DNA of 64,000 nt. It comes from Theionarchaea archaeon (GTDB lineage: Archaea; Methanobacteriota_B; Thermococci; Methanofastidiosales; SZ-28-30). Below, one piece after another: positions 43,186 to 53,483 of this stretch; the first letter of the stretch is position 1; each line of letters opens with the position of its first letter. The position numbers and the translations under genes were made by a program. The notes under the pieces were generated by a model, which saw only the letters and a list, made by a program, of their open reading frames with translations, made no database searches and was not told where the DNA came from. The stretch covers positions 32,001 through 96,000 of the forward strand of contig JACVGT010000001.1 of the NCBI GenBank assembly GCA_018992685.1. The letters run 5' to 3'.

Positions 43186-45546
43186 TCATACAACGCCATG
43201 TGCAGTCCTCGAAATGATCTCATCCTGTAGCTCCTTTCCAATATCTACAAAGTAGTCGCTGTATCCTGCCACCCTGACAATCAGATCCCTGTACATTTCC
43301 GGGTTTTGCTGGGCCTTCCGCAGGGTTTCTGCATCAACAACATTGAACTGTATGTGGTGTCCTCCCAGTGCGAAATACGTGCGTATCAGGTGCGCCAGCT
43401 TCTCTATTCCAGCAGTACTCTGCAGTACGTGTGGCAGGAATTTCTGGTTTAGTAGGGTTCCCCCTGTCCTGACATGATCAATTTTCGAGGCAGACTTTAT
43501 CACAGCAGTGGGTCCATTGAGGTCTGCTCCCTGACTGGGGGAAATTCCGTCTGAGAGAGGTTCTCCCCGTCTCCTTCCATTGGGCGTGGCTCCCGTGGTC
43601 TGGCCAAAATAGATGTGCACAGTGGTGGGCAGCAGATTTATGCGGTATTCCCCACCCTTGGTGTTGGGTCGTCCGTCCACCAAATCAAAGTACATATCGA
43701 AGACATCTCTGGCAATGGAATCAGCATAGTCCTCATCATTGCCGTACTTTGGAGCATCTACCAGCGATTGCCTTGCCCTTGTACATTCCTCAAAGTTCCT
43801 GGCAAGACTGTGAAGCAGCTCTTGCATGGTCATTGAATTCTCATCAAACACACAGTACCTGATGGCAGCAAATGAGTCTGTCACTGTTCCCATGCCTACT
43901 CCTTGAATGTAGGTGGAATTGTACCGCGGGCCTCCATCATGATAGTCTCCCCCCTTTTGTATGCAGTCATCAATCAACAATGACAAGAAAGGGGCAGGCA
44001 TCCACTTTGCGTACAACCTCTCAATGATATTATTGTATTTGATCTTCAGATCAACGAAATACTTCAACTGGTTCCTAAATGCTTTCATTATTTGTTCAAA
44101 AGAGGTGAATTGAGTGGGATCCCCGCTTCTAATGCCTACCAGGTCCCCCGTGATGGGATCGATCCCATCATTCAATGTAATTTCAAGGATTTTTGGCCAG
44201 TTCATATACCCTGTCAAGATACAGCTTTCTTTCCCGAAAGCACTGATGGTAACACATCCACTGGGTCCACCAGCCCTGGCATCCTCAACAGATTTCCCCA
44301 TGCGCAGGAACTCCTGCTGGATTACATCTGCATTGAAGATGGAAGGCTGACCAAACCCACTCTTGACTATGTGGAGAGCTCTCCTCAGGAATCGTTGGTC
44401 ATTTTTTGCTGATAACTGGATACACGTACTGGGCTGGATTAGTCGCATTTCGTCAATGACGTCAAGAATCACATAGGAGAGTTCATTGACTGCATCAACA
44501 CCGTCTTCTGTGATTCCCCCAACATTGATCAAGGAGAAATCCTGGTAGGTCCCACTCTGTTCTTCAGTGATTTCCACCTTGGGAGGGGCTGGCTGGTTGT
44601 TGATCTTGATCCAGAAGCACTGGAGCAACTCCTTGGCAAAGTTCTCAGTCATAACGGTGGTTTCCAGATCCTCCTTGTAGAAGGGATACAAGTGCTGGTC
44701 AAGTCTCCCCGGATTGAAGGAATCCCACACATTCAACTCTGTGATCACACCCACGTGGACAAACCAGTACATCTGCAGAGCCTCCCAGAAGGTACGGGGT
44801 GCAAGAGCGGGAACGTGAGAGCAGACCTTGCCTATCATTTCAAGCTCCGACTTCCTCTGAGGGTTCTTTTCCGTCTCTGCTAATCTTCGGGCTTCTCTGG
44901 CATATCTCTCTGCAAATTCAATGAGTGCATGTAGGGTAATGACCATGGCTCTCAGTTCCTGTTCCTTCCAGTAAGCATCATCATCGTTGTAGTAATCCAG
45001 GTTACGCAGTGCATCCTCAATTTCCTCCTCGAGGGCCAGTAAGCCTTTATGATAAATCTTATCGTCCAGAATAGCATGGCCGGGGGCTCGTTGCTCCATG
45101 AATTCTGTGAACACTCCAGCATCAAACGCTCTCTTCCACTGAGCTGACACTGCGCAGAACACTCGCTCCCGCATGGTCTTCTGGTTCCAGAACGGGATGA
45201 TTTTTTCCCTGAATACTCTTTTGACATCTTCTGAAACATGGAACGGTGTCTTTTCCCTGGATGAGAGGACTTCCAAGTCCTCCAGAGTATGGCAGCATAA
45301 TTCAGGATAGGTGGGTGTTGCCTTTGGGGCAGGGCCCCGTTCTCCAACAATGAGTTCACCATCTCCGAGGTAGATGGCCTTGTTCTCCAGTATGTACTTG
45401 AAAGCCAGAGCACGAGTTACCGGAACAGACTGTATGCCAGGTTCGTTCATGTAGAAATCAGTAAGCAATTCGGCCCTTTCTGCAGAGATATATGGCCTTG
45501 TAGTAATACTCTGTTCCCTTAGTCGTCTAACTCTTTCTGATAGCAT
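43186..45546 (-). CDS. Glycyl radical enzyme, trans-4-hydroxy-L-proline dehydratase-like variant
   Basis: RVAGYS glycyl loop, 'FTEFMEQRAPGH', 'WDSFNPGRLDQ', 'SGTYQDF', 'SGCVT', 'LPTT'. Confidence 0.88.
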   Translation of the reverse strand: MLSERVRRLREQSITTRPYISAERAELLTDFYMNEPGIQSVPVTRALAFKYILENKAIYLGDGELIVGERGPAPKATPTYPELCCHTLEDLEVLSSREKTPFHVSEDVKRVFREKIIPFWNQKTMRERVFCAVSAQWKRAFDAGVFTEFMEQRAPGHAILDDKIYHKGLLALEEEIEDALRNLDYYNDDDAYWKEQELRAMVITLHALIEFAERYAREARRLAETEKNPQRKSELEMIGKVCSHVPALAPRTFWEALQMYWFVHVGVITELNVWDSFNPGRLDQHLYPFYKEDLETTVMTENFAKELLQCFWIKINNQPAPPKVEITEEQSGTYQDFSLINVGGITEDGVDAVNELSYVILDVIDEMRLIQPSTCIQLSAKNDQRFLRRALHIVKSGFGQPSIFNADVIQQEFLRMGKSVEDARAGGPSGCVTISAFGKESCILTGYMNWPKILEITLNDGIDPITGDLVGIRSGDPTQFTSFEQIMKAFRNQLKYFVDLKIKYNNIIERLYAKWMPAPFLSLLIDDCIQKGGDYHDGGPRYNSTYIQGVGMGTVTDSFAAIRYCVFDENSMTMQELLHSLARNFEECTRARQSLVDAPKYGNDEDYADSIARDVFDMYFDLVDGRPNTKGGEYRINLLPTTVHIYFGQTTGATPNGRRRGEPLSDGISPSQGADLNGPTAVIKSASKIDHVRTGGTLLNQKFLPHVLQSTAGIEKLAHLIRTYFALGGHHIQFNVVDAETLRKAQQNPEMYRDLIVRVAGYSDYFVDIGKELQDEIISRTAHGVV

Positions 45547-45547
45547 T

Positions 45548-46432
45548 TTATCCTCCTATCTGAGGGTTCAGCCCATGATCTTCCAGTATCGCTAGAGCAT
45601 TCTGTATAATGTCTGGTGAAGGAGCGGTATACACAGAACTCTCTGTAGCAAAGAGTCTTTTAGCTTTTTCGACACCCCCCCTGTGGTAGGGCAGCAGAGT
45701 AACCTGGCTAACACGATATGAGGATATCAGTTTCGCCAACTCACTGAGATGCTCAGTGGAACTGTTAACTCCGGGAATAAGTGGGACTCTGACAATCACC
45801 TTATCCGGTGGAAGTAGTTTCAGGTTCTGCAGGATAATTCTGTTGGAGACACCAGTTTCTCTCACGTGAACCTCGTCAGATGCAACTTTGATGTCGTACA
45901 GGAAAAGATCTGTGCAGTTTACGATCTCTTGGAAATACTCCTGTGGTGCATACCCACTCGTGTCTACTGCTGTATGGATTTCATGTTCTTTACACACTTT
46001 TAACAACCTGTACAAGAATTCAGGCTGTGCCAGAGGCTCACCTCCCGAGAAGGTCACGCCACCATGTGATTGATCATAGAATAGAGTATCTCTTCTTATT
46101 TGCTCCAAGACATGGGATTCTGTCATGGGAGTTCCCACCACTTCTAAAGCTCCAGATGGACAGGTCTCAACACAAGCTTTACACAGGTCACACAGGGCCC
46201 TGTCCAATTCTGGGGGGGATGAGTAGTGAATTGCATCCTTCGAACAGGTATTCTGGCAGCTCCTGCAGCCAGTGCACCGTTCTGACCGCCAGGTTAGTTC
46301 TGGATATGGGTTCTTCCCTTCTGGATTGTGGCACCAGTTACAGGTCAGTGGACACCCTTTGAGAAAGACAGTGGTGCGAATGCCGGGTCCATCGTGGAGC
46401 GCATACCGTTTGATGTCAAATACGATACCTAT
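45548..46432 (-). CDS. Glycyl-radical activating enzyme (radical SAM with ferredoxin insert); apparent ATA start
   Basis: Frame stays open 75 codons upstream of the listed ORF and contains HDGPGIRTTVFLKGCPLTCNWCHNPE and CTGCRSC. GGAGGTG lies 5 nt before ATA at 46432. Confidence 0.9.
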   Translation of the reverse strand: MGIVFDIKRYALHDGPGIRTTVFLKGCPLTCNWCHNPEGKNPYPELTWRSERCTGCRSCQNTCSKDAIHYSSPPELDRALCDLCKACVETCPSGALEVVGTPMTESHVLEQIRRDTLFYDQSHGGVTFSGGEPLAQPEFLYRLLKVCKEHEIHTAVDTSGYAPQEYFQEIVNCTDLFLYDIKVASDEVHVRETGVSNRIILQNLKLLPPDKVIVRVPLIPGVNSSTEHLSELAKLISSYRVSQVTLLPYHRGGVEKAKRLFATESSVYTAPSPDIIQNALAILEDHGLNPQIGG

Positions 46433-46593
46433 GGTACCACCTCCTGGTAGTGATGTAATGGTGGATATTTAAAAGGTTGTTCTGTACATATGTGCGATGC
46501 AGGAGCAACCGGGGAAAGACGTGATAGTGGTATCACGAATGTCTAAATTCGTGTTACCCATAACCTTTTAAACCTGGCTGGATTCTCTACAGC

Positions 46594-47238
46594 ATGCACT
46601 TTACCGAGGTTTCCGTTGGGGCAGATCTAATCCAAAAGAACGAAGAACTTGCCCTGAAGAACAGAGAACTCCTGGATAGCCACAATGTGAAAGCATTCAA
46701 TATCATGGGAGCTATTGGCTCAGGCAAGACCATGCTCATCGAGCATGCAATTGATCTCCTGGAAGGCCGATATGCCTGCGCTGTCTTTGCTGGAGATGTC
46801 ATTGCACGCTATGATGCACAGCGATTTGAAAAGAAGGGCACCTTGACTGTTCCTCTGAACACGGGAAAAGAATGTCACCTTGATGCTCACCTGGTGGGCC
46901 ATGCTCTGGAAAAGATAAACCTGCACACCATTGATCTCCTGTTCATCGAGAATGTGGGCAACCTCGTGTGTCCTTCTGACTTTGTTCTGGGAGAGCATAA
47001 GCGGATTGTGGTGGTATCTGTAACAGAAGGTGATGACACCATTGCAAAACATCCAATGATATTCAGGATATCAGATGCTGCAGTGGTGAACAAGATTGAT
47101 ATTGCACAGTTTGTGGATGCTGACCCTGATAAGATGATTGGAGACGCACGGCGCATCAATCCTAAGATAGAAGCTATTAAGACGAGCTGCAAGACAGGAG
47201 AAGGGCTTGATAGATGGATTACTCTGCTGGTGGGATGA
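46594..47238 (+). CDS. hypB: Hydrogenase nickel incorporation GTPase HypB
   Basis: [29 protein letters not shown]. Confidence 0.95.
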   Translation: MHFTEVSVGADLIQKNEELALKNRELLDSHNVKAFNIMGAIGSGKTMLIEHAIDLLEGRYACAVFAGDVIARYDAQRFEKKGTLTVPLNTGKECHLDAHLVGHALEKINLHTIDLLFIENVGNLVCPSDFVLGEHKRIVVVSVTEGDDTIAKHPMIFRISDAAVVNKIDIAQFVDADPDKMIGDARRINPKIEAIKTSCKTGEGLDRWITLLVG

Positions 47239-47330
47239 CAAGGAGGGGAAGTGCCCTCCTACGTTCATACGTTCGATCTTCCTCCAGGGATTCTGCAAAA
47301 TCTTTTAAGGGATCATGTCACATATGCTCC

Positions 47331-47492
47331 ATGATTGACGATAAATTGCTTGAGATCCTGGCCTGTCCCAAGTGCAAGGGAACCATCAGATTAGAAGGAG
47401 ATAGACTGATTTGCGATGCCTGCAAACTGGCTTATCCCATCCGGGAGGGTATACCCGTAATGCTCATTGACGAAGCAGAGAAACTCACATGA
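47331..47492 (+). CDS. Trm112-family protein
   Basis: '[12 protein letters not shown]...[18 protein letters not shown]'. Confidence 0.9.
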   Translation: MIDDKLLEILACPKCKGTIRLEGDRLICDACKLAYPIREGIPVMLIDEAEKLT

Positions 47493-47751
47493 TCAAGTAA
47501 AGGTGTGGCACAGTCAGAAGCTGCTGGGTTGCTTGAATGTTTCTTCTAGCTGTCATCTCCTTCGAAAAGCTTTTTTTATTCTAATTCCAGGGTTCCAACG
47601 AGACTTTTAGGGGCTGATAATCTGTCTGGTCGAGAAGTGTCCGGCTTCTGCAGAAGAACTCATGGAAAGAGTATCTGGACTTACAGCAGCAGGTTCTACC
47701 GCAATCTTTATATACCTTCGAGAAGATACTATCTCGGTAGGAGGTAAAAAG

Positions 47752-48663
47752 ATGATACGTAGAGTTATTCCAATCTTTATACTGGCAGGATTTATGCTGC
47801 TGGCACCTGCATACAGTCAGCCCAGAACGTATACCGTGAATATTCTGGGCATCAGTCAGCCAGACAGCAGGCTCCCCGTTTCCGAGAATATTACGCTTTC
47901 AGGTCAGCGGTACGTGACCTTTTCTGGTGCTCCTCTTCTTGTGGAGTTCTACGCTTCAGGGTTCGAATGCCCCAATCAAGACCTCAGTTTCTATGTTTCC
48001 TACACCTATCGGAGGGTTCGGCCAGCAAACTTCTTGGAGGACCCCAGCCTGTACGTCATGGAAGGGTTCATGACTTCCACAACCGTCATATCTGAAGGGT
48101 GTTCAGGTACGTGGAAGTCCCCGGGATTGCGCGATGGTATCCACACCATTGGCATCATGGCTTTTGATGGAGCTGGTGCCCAGAGTCCCTGGCACTACAT
48201 CAGAGTTGTCAAGAACAATGAACGAGGAACTGCCATCTCCATGTTTCCAGGAGGTGAAGATGCTGCAGGCTCAACTCAGGAGGAGTTTCCTGTGGACAGC
48301 CAGCCGCAAGTGGTCATTGATACTCCCTCTCTGGTGTTCTCCATCGGAGTGGATCCCATCCAGTATGCAGATATCTATTTCCACTCAAAATACCCTTTTC
48401 CCATTGAATATTTCTACGTTGAATGGATATTCACGTCCGGGAGCGGGTGCACGTATTCGTGTTCAGCCATTGTATATCCCATACGATTCAACGAGGGAGT
48501 GTATCGACTGGACATGACCGAGGTATTTGCCAATGAATGGGATAAGCCAAGCGACTCCTATGGCAAGTGTGCATTTGGTCCAGGAGACTTCATCGTCACA
48601 ATCAGCGCCAAGACTGCTGAGGGACTGGGACCCAGCGCTCTCGTGGTCATAAGTTTGAATTAG
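47752..48663 (+). CDS. Secreted hypothetical protein
   Basis: Signal peptide MIRRVIPIFILAGFMLLAPAYS; GGAGGT RBS; Ig-like 'LRDGIHTI..MAFDGAG' strand motif. Confidence 0.75.
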   Translation: MIRRVIPIFILAGFMLLAPAYSQPRTYTVNILGISQPDSRLPVSENITLSGQRYVTFSGAPLLVEFYASGFECPNQDLSFYVSYTYRRVRPANFLEDPSLYVMEGFMTSTTVISEGCSGTWKSPGLRDGIHTIGIMAFDGAGAQSPWHYIRVVKNNERGTAISMFPGGEDAAGSTQEEFPVDSQPQVVIDTPSLVFSIGVDPIQYADIYFHSKYPFPIEYFYVEWIFTSGSGCTYSCSAIVYPIRFNEGVYRLDMTEVFANEWDKPSDSYGKCAFGPGDFIVTISAKTAEGLGPSALVVISLN

Positions 48664-48664
48664 T

Positions 48665-49450
48665 TCATAGGTTGTACAGTGTGCGAACCTCCTGGTCGTG
48701 GATTCTGTCCACCATGTCCTCAGTCAGAGTGCCGGTGTTCACAAGCTTCAGGGTAGTCTTGGGAACAGTCTTAGGACCCAGGACTGCTCCAGGTCTTCGT
48801 GGATCATCAATGTAATCAGTCTCCATGAGGAATTCCATCCTGGAGGTTACAGCCTGTGTAACATTGGATTCAGTGGCCAGAATGGAAGGGATCATACTCT
48901 TGTACTCAGGATGAGGAGAAGCAAAGTGTTTGATGACCCGGGTACAGCCTAGCTCCTTGACCAATCTGTCAAGGGAAGCAATACCATCACTGTCCAATGA
49001 TTCAGTATGCAGTTGAATAGGACAGTCCAGCTCCCGGGATCGTTTTAAAGCTTGTATCATGTACTCGTGAGAAGCCTCATAGGTTTCAGCAGACACAGGA
49101 TAATGGGGCCTTCCAAACTCCCCCATGCCAACTACCTTCTTTTTCTCCACATAGGATTCCACAACATCGAGAGCCTGGTAGCACACGTCTTCTTTCCCTT
49201 TGTTATATAGTCGGTCAAATTCAGCAGGGTGCAGCCCCACCACAGCGTAGCATTCTACAATATTCCTCACTGCCTGGCACACGGCCAGCGTCTTTTCAAC
49301 CTGCTGTACAAATTCTTCTACACTCTGGGGAAAGCCGGGTTTCTGGACTAGAATGATTCGTCCTCCACCCGCTTTCTTGAACTGGTTGACAGCGTCAAGG
49401 AACAACCCTCTTCTGTCAAGGTGCATGTGGTTATCAGTTATTGCTGTCAT
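48665..49450 (-). CDS. TatD-family metal-dependent hydrolase
   Basis: DNHMH, GLHP, GEFGRPH, QLHTE, METDYIDD..RPGAV. Confidence 0.9.
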   Translation of the reverse strand: MTAITDNHMHLDRRGLFLDAVNQFKKAGGGRIILVQKPGFPQSVEEFVQQVEKTLAVCQAVRNIVECYAVVGLHPAEFDRLYNKGKEDVCYQALDVVESYVEKKKVVGMGEFGRPHYPVSAETYEASHEYMIQALKRSRELDCPIQLHTESLDSDGIASLDRLVKELGCTRVIKHFASPHPEYKSMIPSILATESNVTQAVTSRMEFLMETDYIDDPRRPGAVLGPKTVPKTTLKLVNTGTLTEDMVDRIHDQEVRTLYNL

Positions 49451-49465
49451 CGTGTCACTCCAACG

Positions 49466-50194
49466 TCAGCTTTCCTTCTCTTCCTCTCCCCCTCCCTTTT
49501 TTCCTCTTTCCCTTTCCTTTTCTTCCTCATTTTCTTCTCCTTCCAGATGGCAGCTCTCCTGTGTTCCCAGTAATATCTTGTCCAATACCAATTCTTCATC
49601 TACTTTGGTGCAGTAGCACCCATCTTTCAGGAGGGGAACACCCTGCACGGGGCACAGAGCTGAAAGCTCCATCATACTGTAGTTGAGCTCATATCCGCAG
49701 GCAACTCCAAGAGCTCCCGTTGGCCTGTCCTTTTTTGCAATGCGCTTCACAAAACTTCCCCCTGGTACAATGTACACCTTATAACCCTCTGCTTCCGCCC
49801 TTTTCTTCAGGTTTCCTATGACACACTGTCCACACATCTTGCATTGGACCCCATACTGGGTCAGAAGGGCGGGGCACGTTGGGTTGCGCAAACACTGGGG
49901 AAAAACCAGAATTCTTCCATCAATAGCTGATTGTCTGAATGCCTTCTCATATGTCCTGTTCCGTATTTCAATGCCTATTTCGTCAACATATCGCTCACTC
50001 AATCCCACCAACCGGATCAATTTTTTCAGAAGGAAATACAGGCTATCAATAACATACAGGACAAATCGGGGCAAGATCATAACCCCTTTTCGTAGTAAGA
50101 TGAATCCCAGCAGTAGTGAAATGGCAGCAGTGACAAAAAGGAAGACAAGAGAAAAAATGAGGAGTTTTCCTATGAATGCATACGGAATCTGCAT
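49466..50194 (-). CDS. DUF116-family membrane protein
   Basis: PQCLR..CPA, C..CG.C.IG, PGGS, GVAC, PLLKDGC. Confidence 0.85.
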   Translation of the reverse strand: MQIPYAFIGKLLIFSLVFLFVTAAISLLLGFILLRKGVMILPRFVLYVIDSLYFLLKKLIRLVGLSERYVDEIGIEIRNRTYEKAFRQSAIDGRILVFPQCLRNPTCPALLTQYGVQCKMCGQCVIGNLKKRAEAEGYKVYIVPGGSFVKRIAKKDRPTGALGVACGYELNYSMMELSALCPVQGVPLLKDGCYCTKVDEELVLDKILLGTQESCHLEGEENEEEKERERGKKGGGEEEKES

Positions 50195-50198
50195 CCGA

Positions 50199-51152
50199 TC
50201 ACATTTTCACGCCAATCTTTCTTAACGCTCTCCTGACTTCGACAATTGCATTTTCCACATCTTCTCGAGTTTTTGCACCAGTACATACGATTTTTCCTGA
50301 ACCAAAGAGCAACAAGACCACCTTAGGTTTTTTCAACCGGTAGATCAATCCTGGAAACTGTTCAGGTTCGTACTCGCAGTTAGGAAGGCCAAAGACAATT
50401 GCATCTAGGTTTAATTCAACTCCCAGGTCTGCTGAAGCCACAATATTTTGAACGACAATTTCAGGTCCTCTGAACCAGACAAACACCCCTGCATCTTCTC
50501 CGGGAATGTGACGGGGTTCTCGAGCAGGATTTATAGAATCAAGTCCTGACAGAGTGGGCTGTTCTCTCAATTCAAAAGGAATTTGAGGAGGGTTGGCTTT
50601 ATTCTTACCTACAAAGACAGATTCAGGCTTATATGTGGAGTCTACCTTGATATCAAAGGTGATAACACCTTCAGCTTCAAAATTAATACCTCTTTGTCCC
50701 TCCAATGCAGATCCTGAAAAGGTGATAGTATTCTTATCGCTCTTAACCTTGTCTTTCTTGAGCTCTTTCTTTCTCTGCTCTTCATCTACATACTTCACAT
50801 TCTTGACGGACTGAGCGGTTATTGTCCCTTCAAATGCGTGTTCAGTGCCGTCGCCACTCCATCGCACCTGCCACATCGGATCAGGAATAGGAGTATCTTC
50901 TTTCTTGAGAAGATCAATAATCTTGTAGATGGCTCTCCTGGATTCCTCCGGTGACTTGGCTCCTGTGCACACCAGTTTCCCAGAACCAAACACAAGAGTG
51001 GCGGTCTTCGGATCATCGAGCCTCAAGACCAAGCCTGGAAACTGTTCAGGCTCGTATTCGATATCTTCTACAGCAGTTGCTATTCGTTCCAGATCAATAG
51101 TTTCATTCAGGGTGGCCGATGTAACAACGTTTTGTATTTTGACGTTCTCCAT
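50199..51152 (-). CDS. tbp: TATA-box-binding protein with a large inter-repeat insertion
   Basis: Two TBP repeats (QNVV/QNIV, YEPEQFPGL, FGSGK.VCTGAK) separated by about 137 extra residues. Confidence 0.95.
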   Translation of the reverse strand: MENVKIQNVVTSATLNETIDLERIATAVEDIEYEPEQFPGLVLRLDDPKTATLVFGSGKLVCTGAKSPEESRRAIYKIIDLLKKEDTPIPDPMWQVRWSGDGTEHAFEGTITAQSVKNVKYVDEEQRKKELKKDKVKSDKNTITFSGSALEGQRGINFEAEGVITFDIKVDSTYKPESVFVGKNKANPPQIPFELREQPTLSGLDSINPAREPRHIPGEDAGVFVWFRGPEIVVQNIVASADLGVELNLDAIVFGLPNCEYEPEQFPGLIYRLKKPKVVLLLFGSGKIVCTGAKTREDVENAIVEVRRALRKIGVKM

Positions 51153-51404
51153 CTATTCACCTCTCTTTTAGAGAAGGAACCTCGGCTTTATAAAGGTTCT
51201 CTTAAAAGAAGGAACTTCAGACCATAGAATGGCGACTCATGTACTGGCAGGAGAAGGGTAACATGAGGCAGTTTGGTGTACGTCCTCATCGGTATGGACA
51301 ATTCAGGTGTCTATGAACACGTCACATGCCCGCTTTACACGAAGTTAAGACTTGCGAGACTGAGAACCTGGATGTGAAGATCAAAAAAAGAAAGAAGAGA
51401 TGAA

Positions 51405-52301
51405 TTAGGTCGTTTCCTGTTCTTCCTTGGAGCCTTCAGAGACTTTTTCTTTCAGGAGTTCCCCGATTCCAGCAATACTTCCCAGGATTCCACTGGCTTC
51501 GTACGGCAGGAACACTTTTGAGGCTTTCCCGTCTGCAATCTTCTGGAGGGCCTCAAGATATTTGATTGCAATGAGGTCGTTGGTGGGGTTCCCCTTGTGG
51601 ATCGCACCGAAAACAGTATTAATGGCCTGGGCTTCTCCTTCTGCCACAGTCTTTTTCTGGTACTTGTCAGCATCTGCGACTCTCTTGATAGCCTCTGCCT
51701 GTCCTTCAGCATTCAATATTGCAGACTGCTTCTGACCTTCTGCCTCAAGAATCATGGCTCTCTTGTCTCGTTCTGCCTTCATCTGGCGGTGCATGGCTTC
51801 AGTGACATCTCTGGGGGGTTCAATCCGCTGCAGTTCTACTCTCGATACTCTAACACCCCATTTGTCAGTGGCATCATCGAGAATCTGCCTCAATTTCGTG
51901 TTGATGACTTCTCTGGACGTCAGTGATTCATCCAGAGACAGGTCACCCACTAGGTTCCTCAGGTTAGTCTGGGCTAACTTGGTAGCTGCTGTGTAAAAAT
52001 TGGCCACGTTATATGTGACCTTTACCGGGTCAGTGACCTCATGGTAAATGACTGCATCCACCTCTACCACCACGTTATCTTTGGTGATAACGCCTTGAGG
52101 TGGGACATCTACCACCTGTTCCCTCATGTCGACCTTTATTAGCCGTTCGACAAACGGAAAAACCAAGGTCAGTCCGCTGTCCACTGTCCGCTGATATCTG
52201 CCCAATCTTTCAATGAGTCCTTTTTGCCACGGCCGTATTATTTTGATGGCTGTTGCCGCAATTATGACCACTACTACGGCCAATACCACAAACTCTATCA
52301 T
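51405..52301 (-). CDS. SPFH/Band 7 (stomatin-like) protein
   Basis: 'ERLGRY', 'ITKDNV', 'QTNLRN', 'KWGVRV.RVE', 'QMKAER'. Confidence 0.93.
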   Translation of the reverse strand: MIEFVVLAVVVVIIAATAIKIIRPWQKGLIERLGRYQRTVDSGLTLVFPFVERLIKVDMREQVVDVPPQGVITKDNVVVEVDAVIYHEVTDPVKVTYNVANFYTAATKLAQTNLRNLVGDLSLDESLTSREVINTKLRQILDDATDKWGVRVSRVELQRIEPPRDVTEAMHRQMKAERDKRAMILEAEGQKQSAILNAEGQAEAIKRVADADKYQKKTVAEGEAQAINTVFGAIHKGNPTNDLIAIKYLEALQKIADGKASKVFLPYEASGILGSIAGIGELLKEKVSEGSKEEQETT

Positions 52302-52745
52302 TTACTCATCCTCCTTTATGGGGGCTACCACCAGATGGGTTCCATCCAGCCTGACAGCATGTACTTCCGTGCCCTCCGGTATGATTTCCCCTGTTTCGCT
52401 GTCTGCCCGCCATTCCTCCTTTCCTATCCTCACCATTCCCTCATTACTGATATTGTCCACGCGCACCAGGACAACACCTGTTTTTCCAACATATCGATCA
52501 GCCCCTACCCCGGGAGGCTGCTGCTTGGTGAAACGATCAGCAAATCGTCGGGACATTATCACCAGAATGCTGGCACTCACCAGGAAGATACCCCACTGCC
52601 AGGCTGGGCTGAAACCAAGATATGCTGTAATGCAGGCCAGTGCGGATCCCACGGCAAACCAAGACAAGAAAAATCCCGTGGTAAAAATTTCACCAATGGC
52701 GAAGATACCTGCAAGGATCAACCATAATAACCAGTTCTCAATCAT
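52302..52745 (-). CDS. NfeD-like membrane protein
   Basis: N-terminal TM helices followed by 'G.VRIGKEEWRA'; adjacent to the SPFH gene. Confidence 0.9.
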   Translation of the reverse strand: MIENWLLWLILAGIFAIGEIFTTGFFLSWFAVGSALACITAYLGFSPAWQWGIFLVSASILVIMSRRFADRFTKQQPPGVGADRYVGKTGVVLVRVDNISNEGMVRIGKEEWRADSETGEIIPEGTEVHAVRLDGTHLVVAPIKEDE

Positions 52746-53192
52746 GACCTCACCTTTTCGCAAGAGACACCTTTATCACGCGCAGCTTGATCACTGTGTC
52801 CCCATGCAGGCTTTGCTACAGGGTTGCCCTCTGTGTGATCTTCACTGGGTGTCACCGCAAACCTGCCGGTGATGTACTCTAAAGGTATCACGTCACTACA
52901 TAGCTGGACTCGTATTTAAACATTTCCCACTTCTGTCCAGAGTCACTATCGAGACTACCTGCTACTGAGAGTATATCACTCAGTATGTACTTCCTTTTTG
53001 GCTCGTGCTCTATATCAGTATCTCCCTCTTATTATGTGCAGAAATTATGTGTATTCTTGCTGAGTCATGATACGTAAATAAGCACAAAATATGACATAAT
53101 AAATAATATTTTATTAATACAATTTTATTTTAAAAATCAAGTGAAAAATATTCTAACAAAAAGTTTATATATATCATATAGCAAATCTTGTT

Positions 53193-53483
53193 ATGAAAAA
53201 TCCATTCCTCAATGAAAAGAAAGCACTGATCATGATGAATTTGCTTGATGGAGCAGATTACATACGTCATATCGCAGAAAGCAGTAATACCATGTACCCT
53301 CACGCTCTACAGACACTAAAACTCCTGGAAAAGAGAGGATATGTTGATTCCAAGAAAGAAGGAAGAATACGGATGTATCAACTCACTGAAGAAGGGAAAA
53401 AGGTAGCTTCTCTGATACAGGAATTGTGGGATATGACCCAGGATCAGGGAGGTGGTCAGGTTAGTGCTGGGAGCCAGGAGTGA
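53193..53483 (+). CDS. Small winged-helix DNA-binding protein
   Basis: 'LKLLEKRGYV....EGR.RMYQLTEEG' signature; TATA box about 25 nt upstream. Confidence 0.85.
   Translation: MKNPFLNEKKALIMMNLLDGADYIRHIAESSNTMYPHALQTLKLLEKRGYVDSKKEGRIRMYQLTEEGKKVASLIQELWDMTQDQGGGQVSAGSQE

Noticed and set aside
50466-50876. TBP insertion as an intein or intron
   Set aside because: No intein terminal residues or LAGLIDADG motifs; the frame is open and protein-like.
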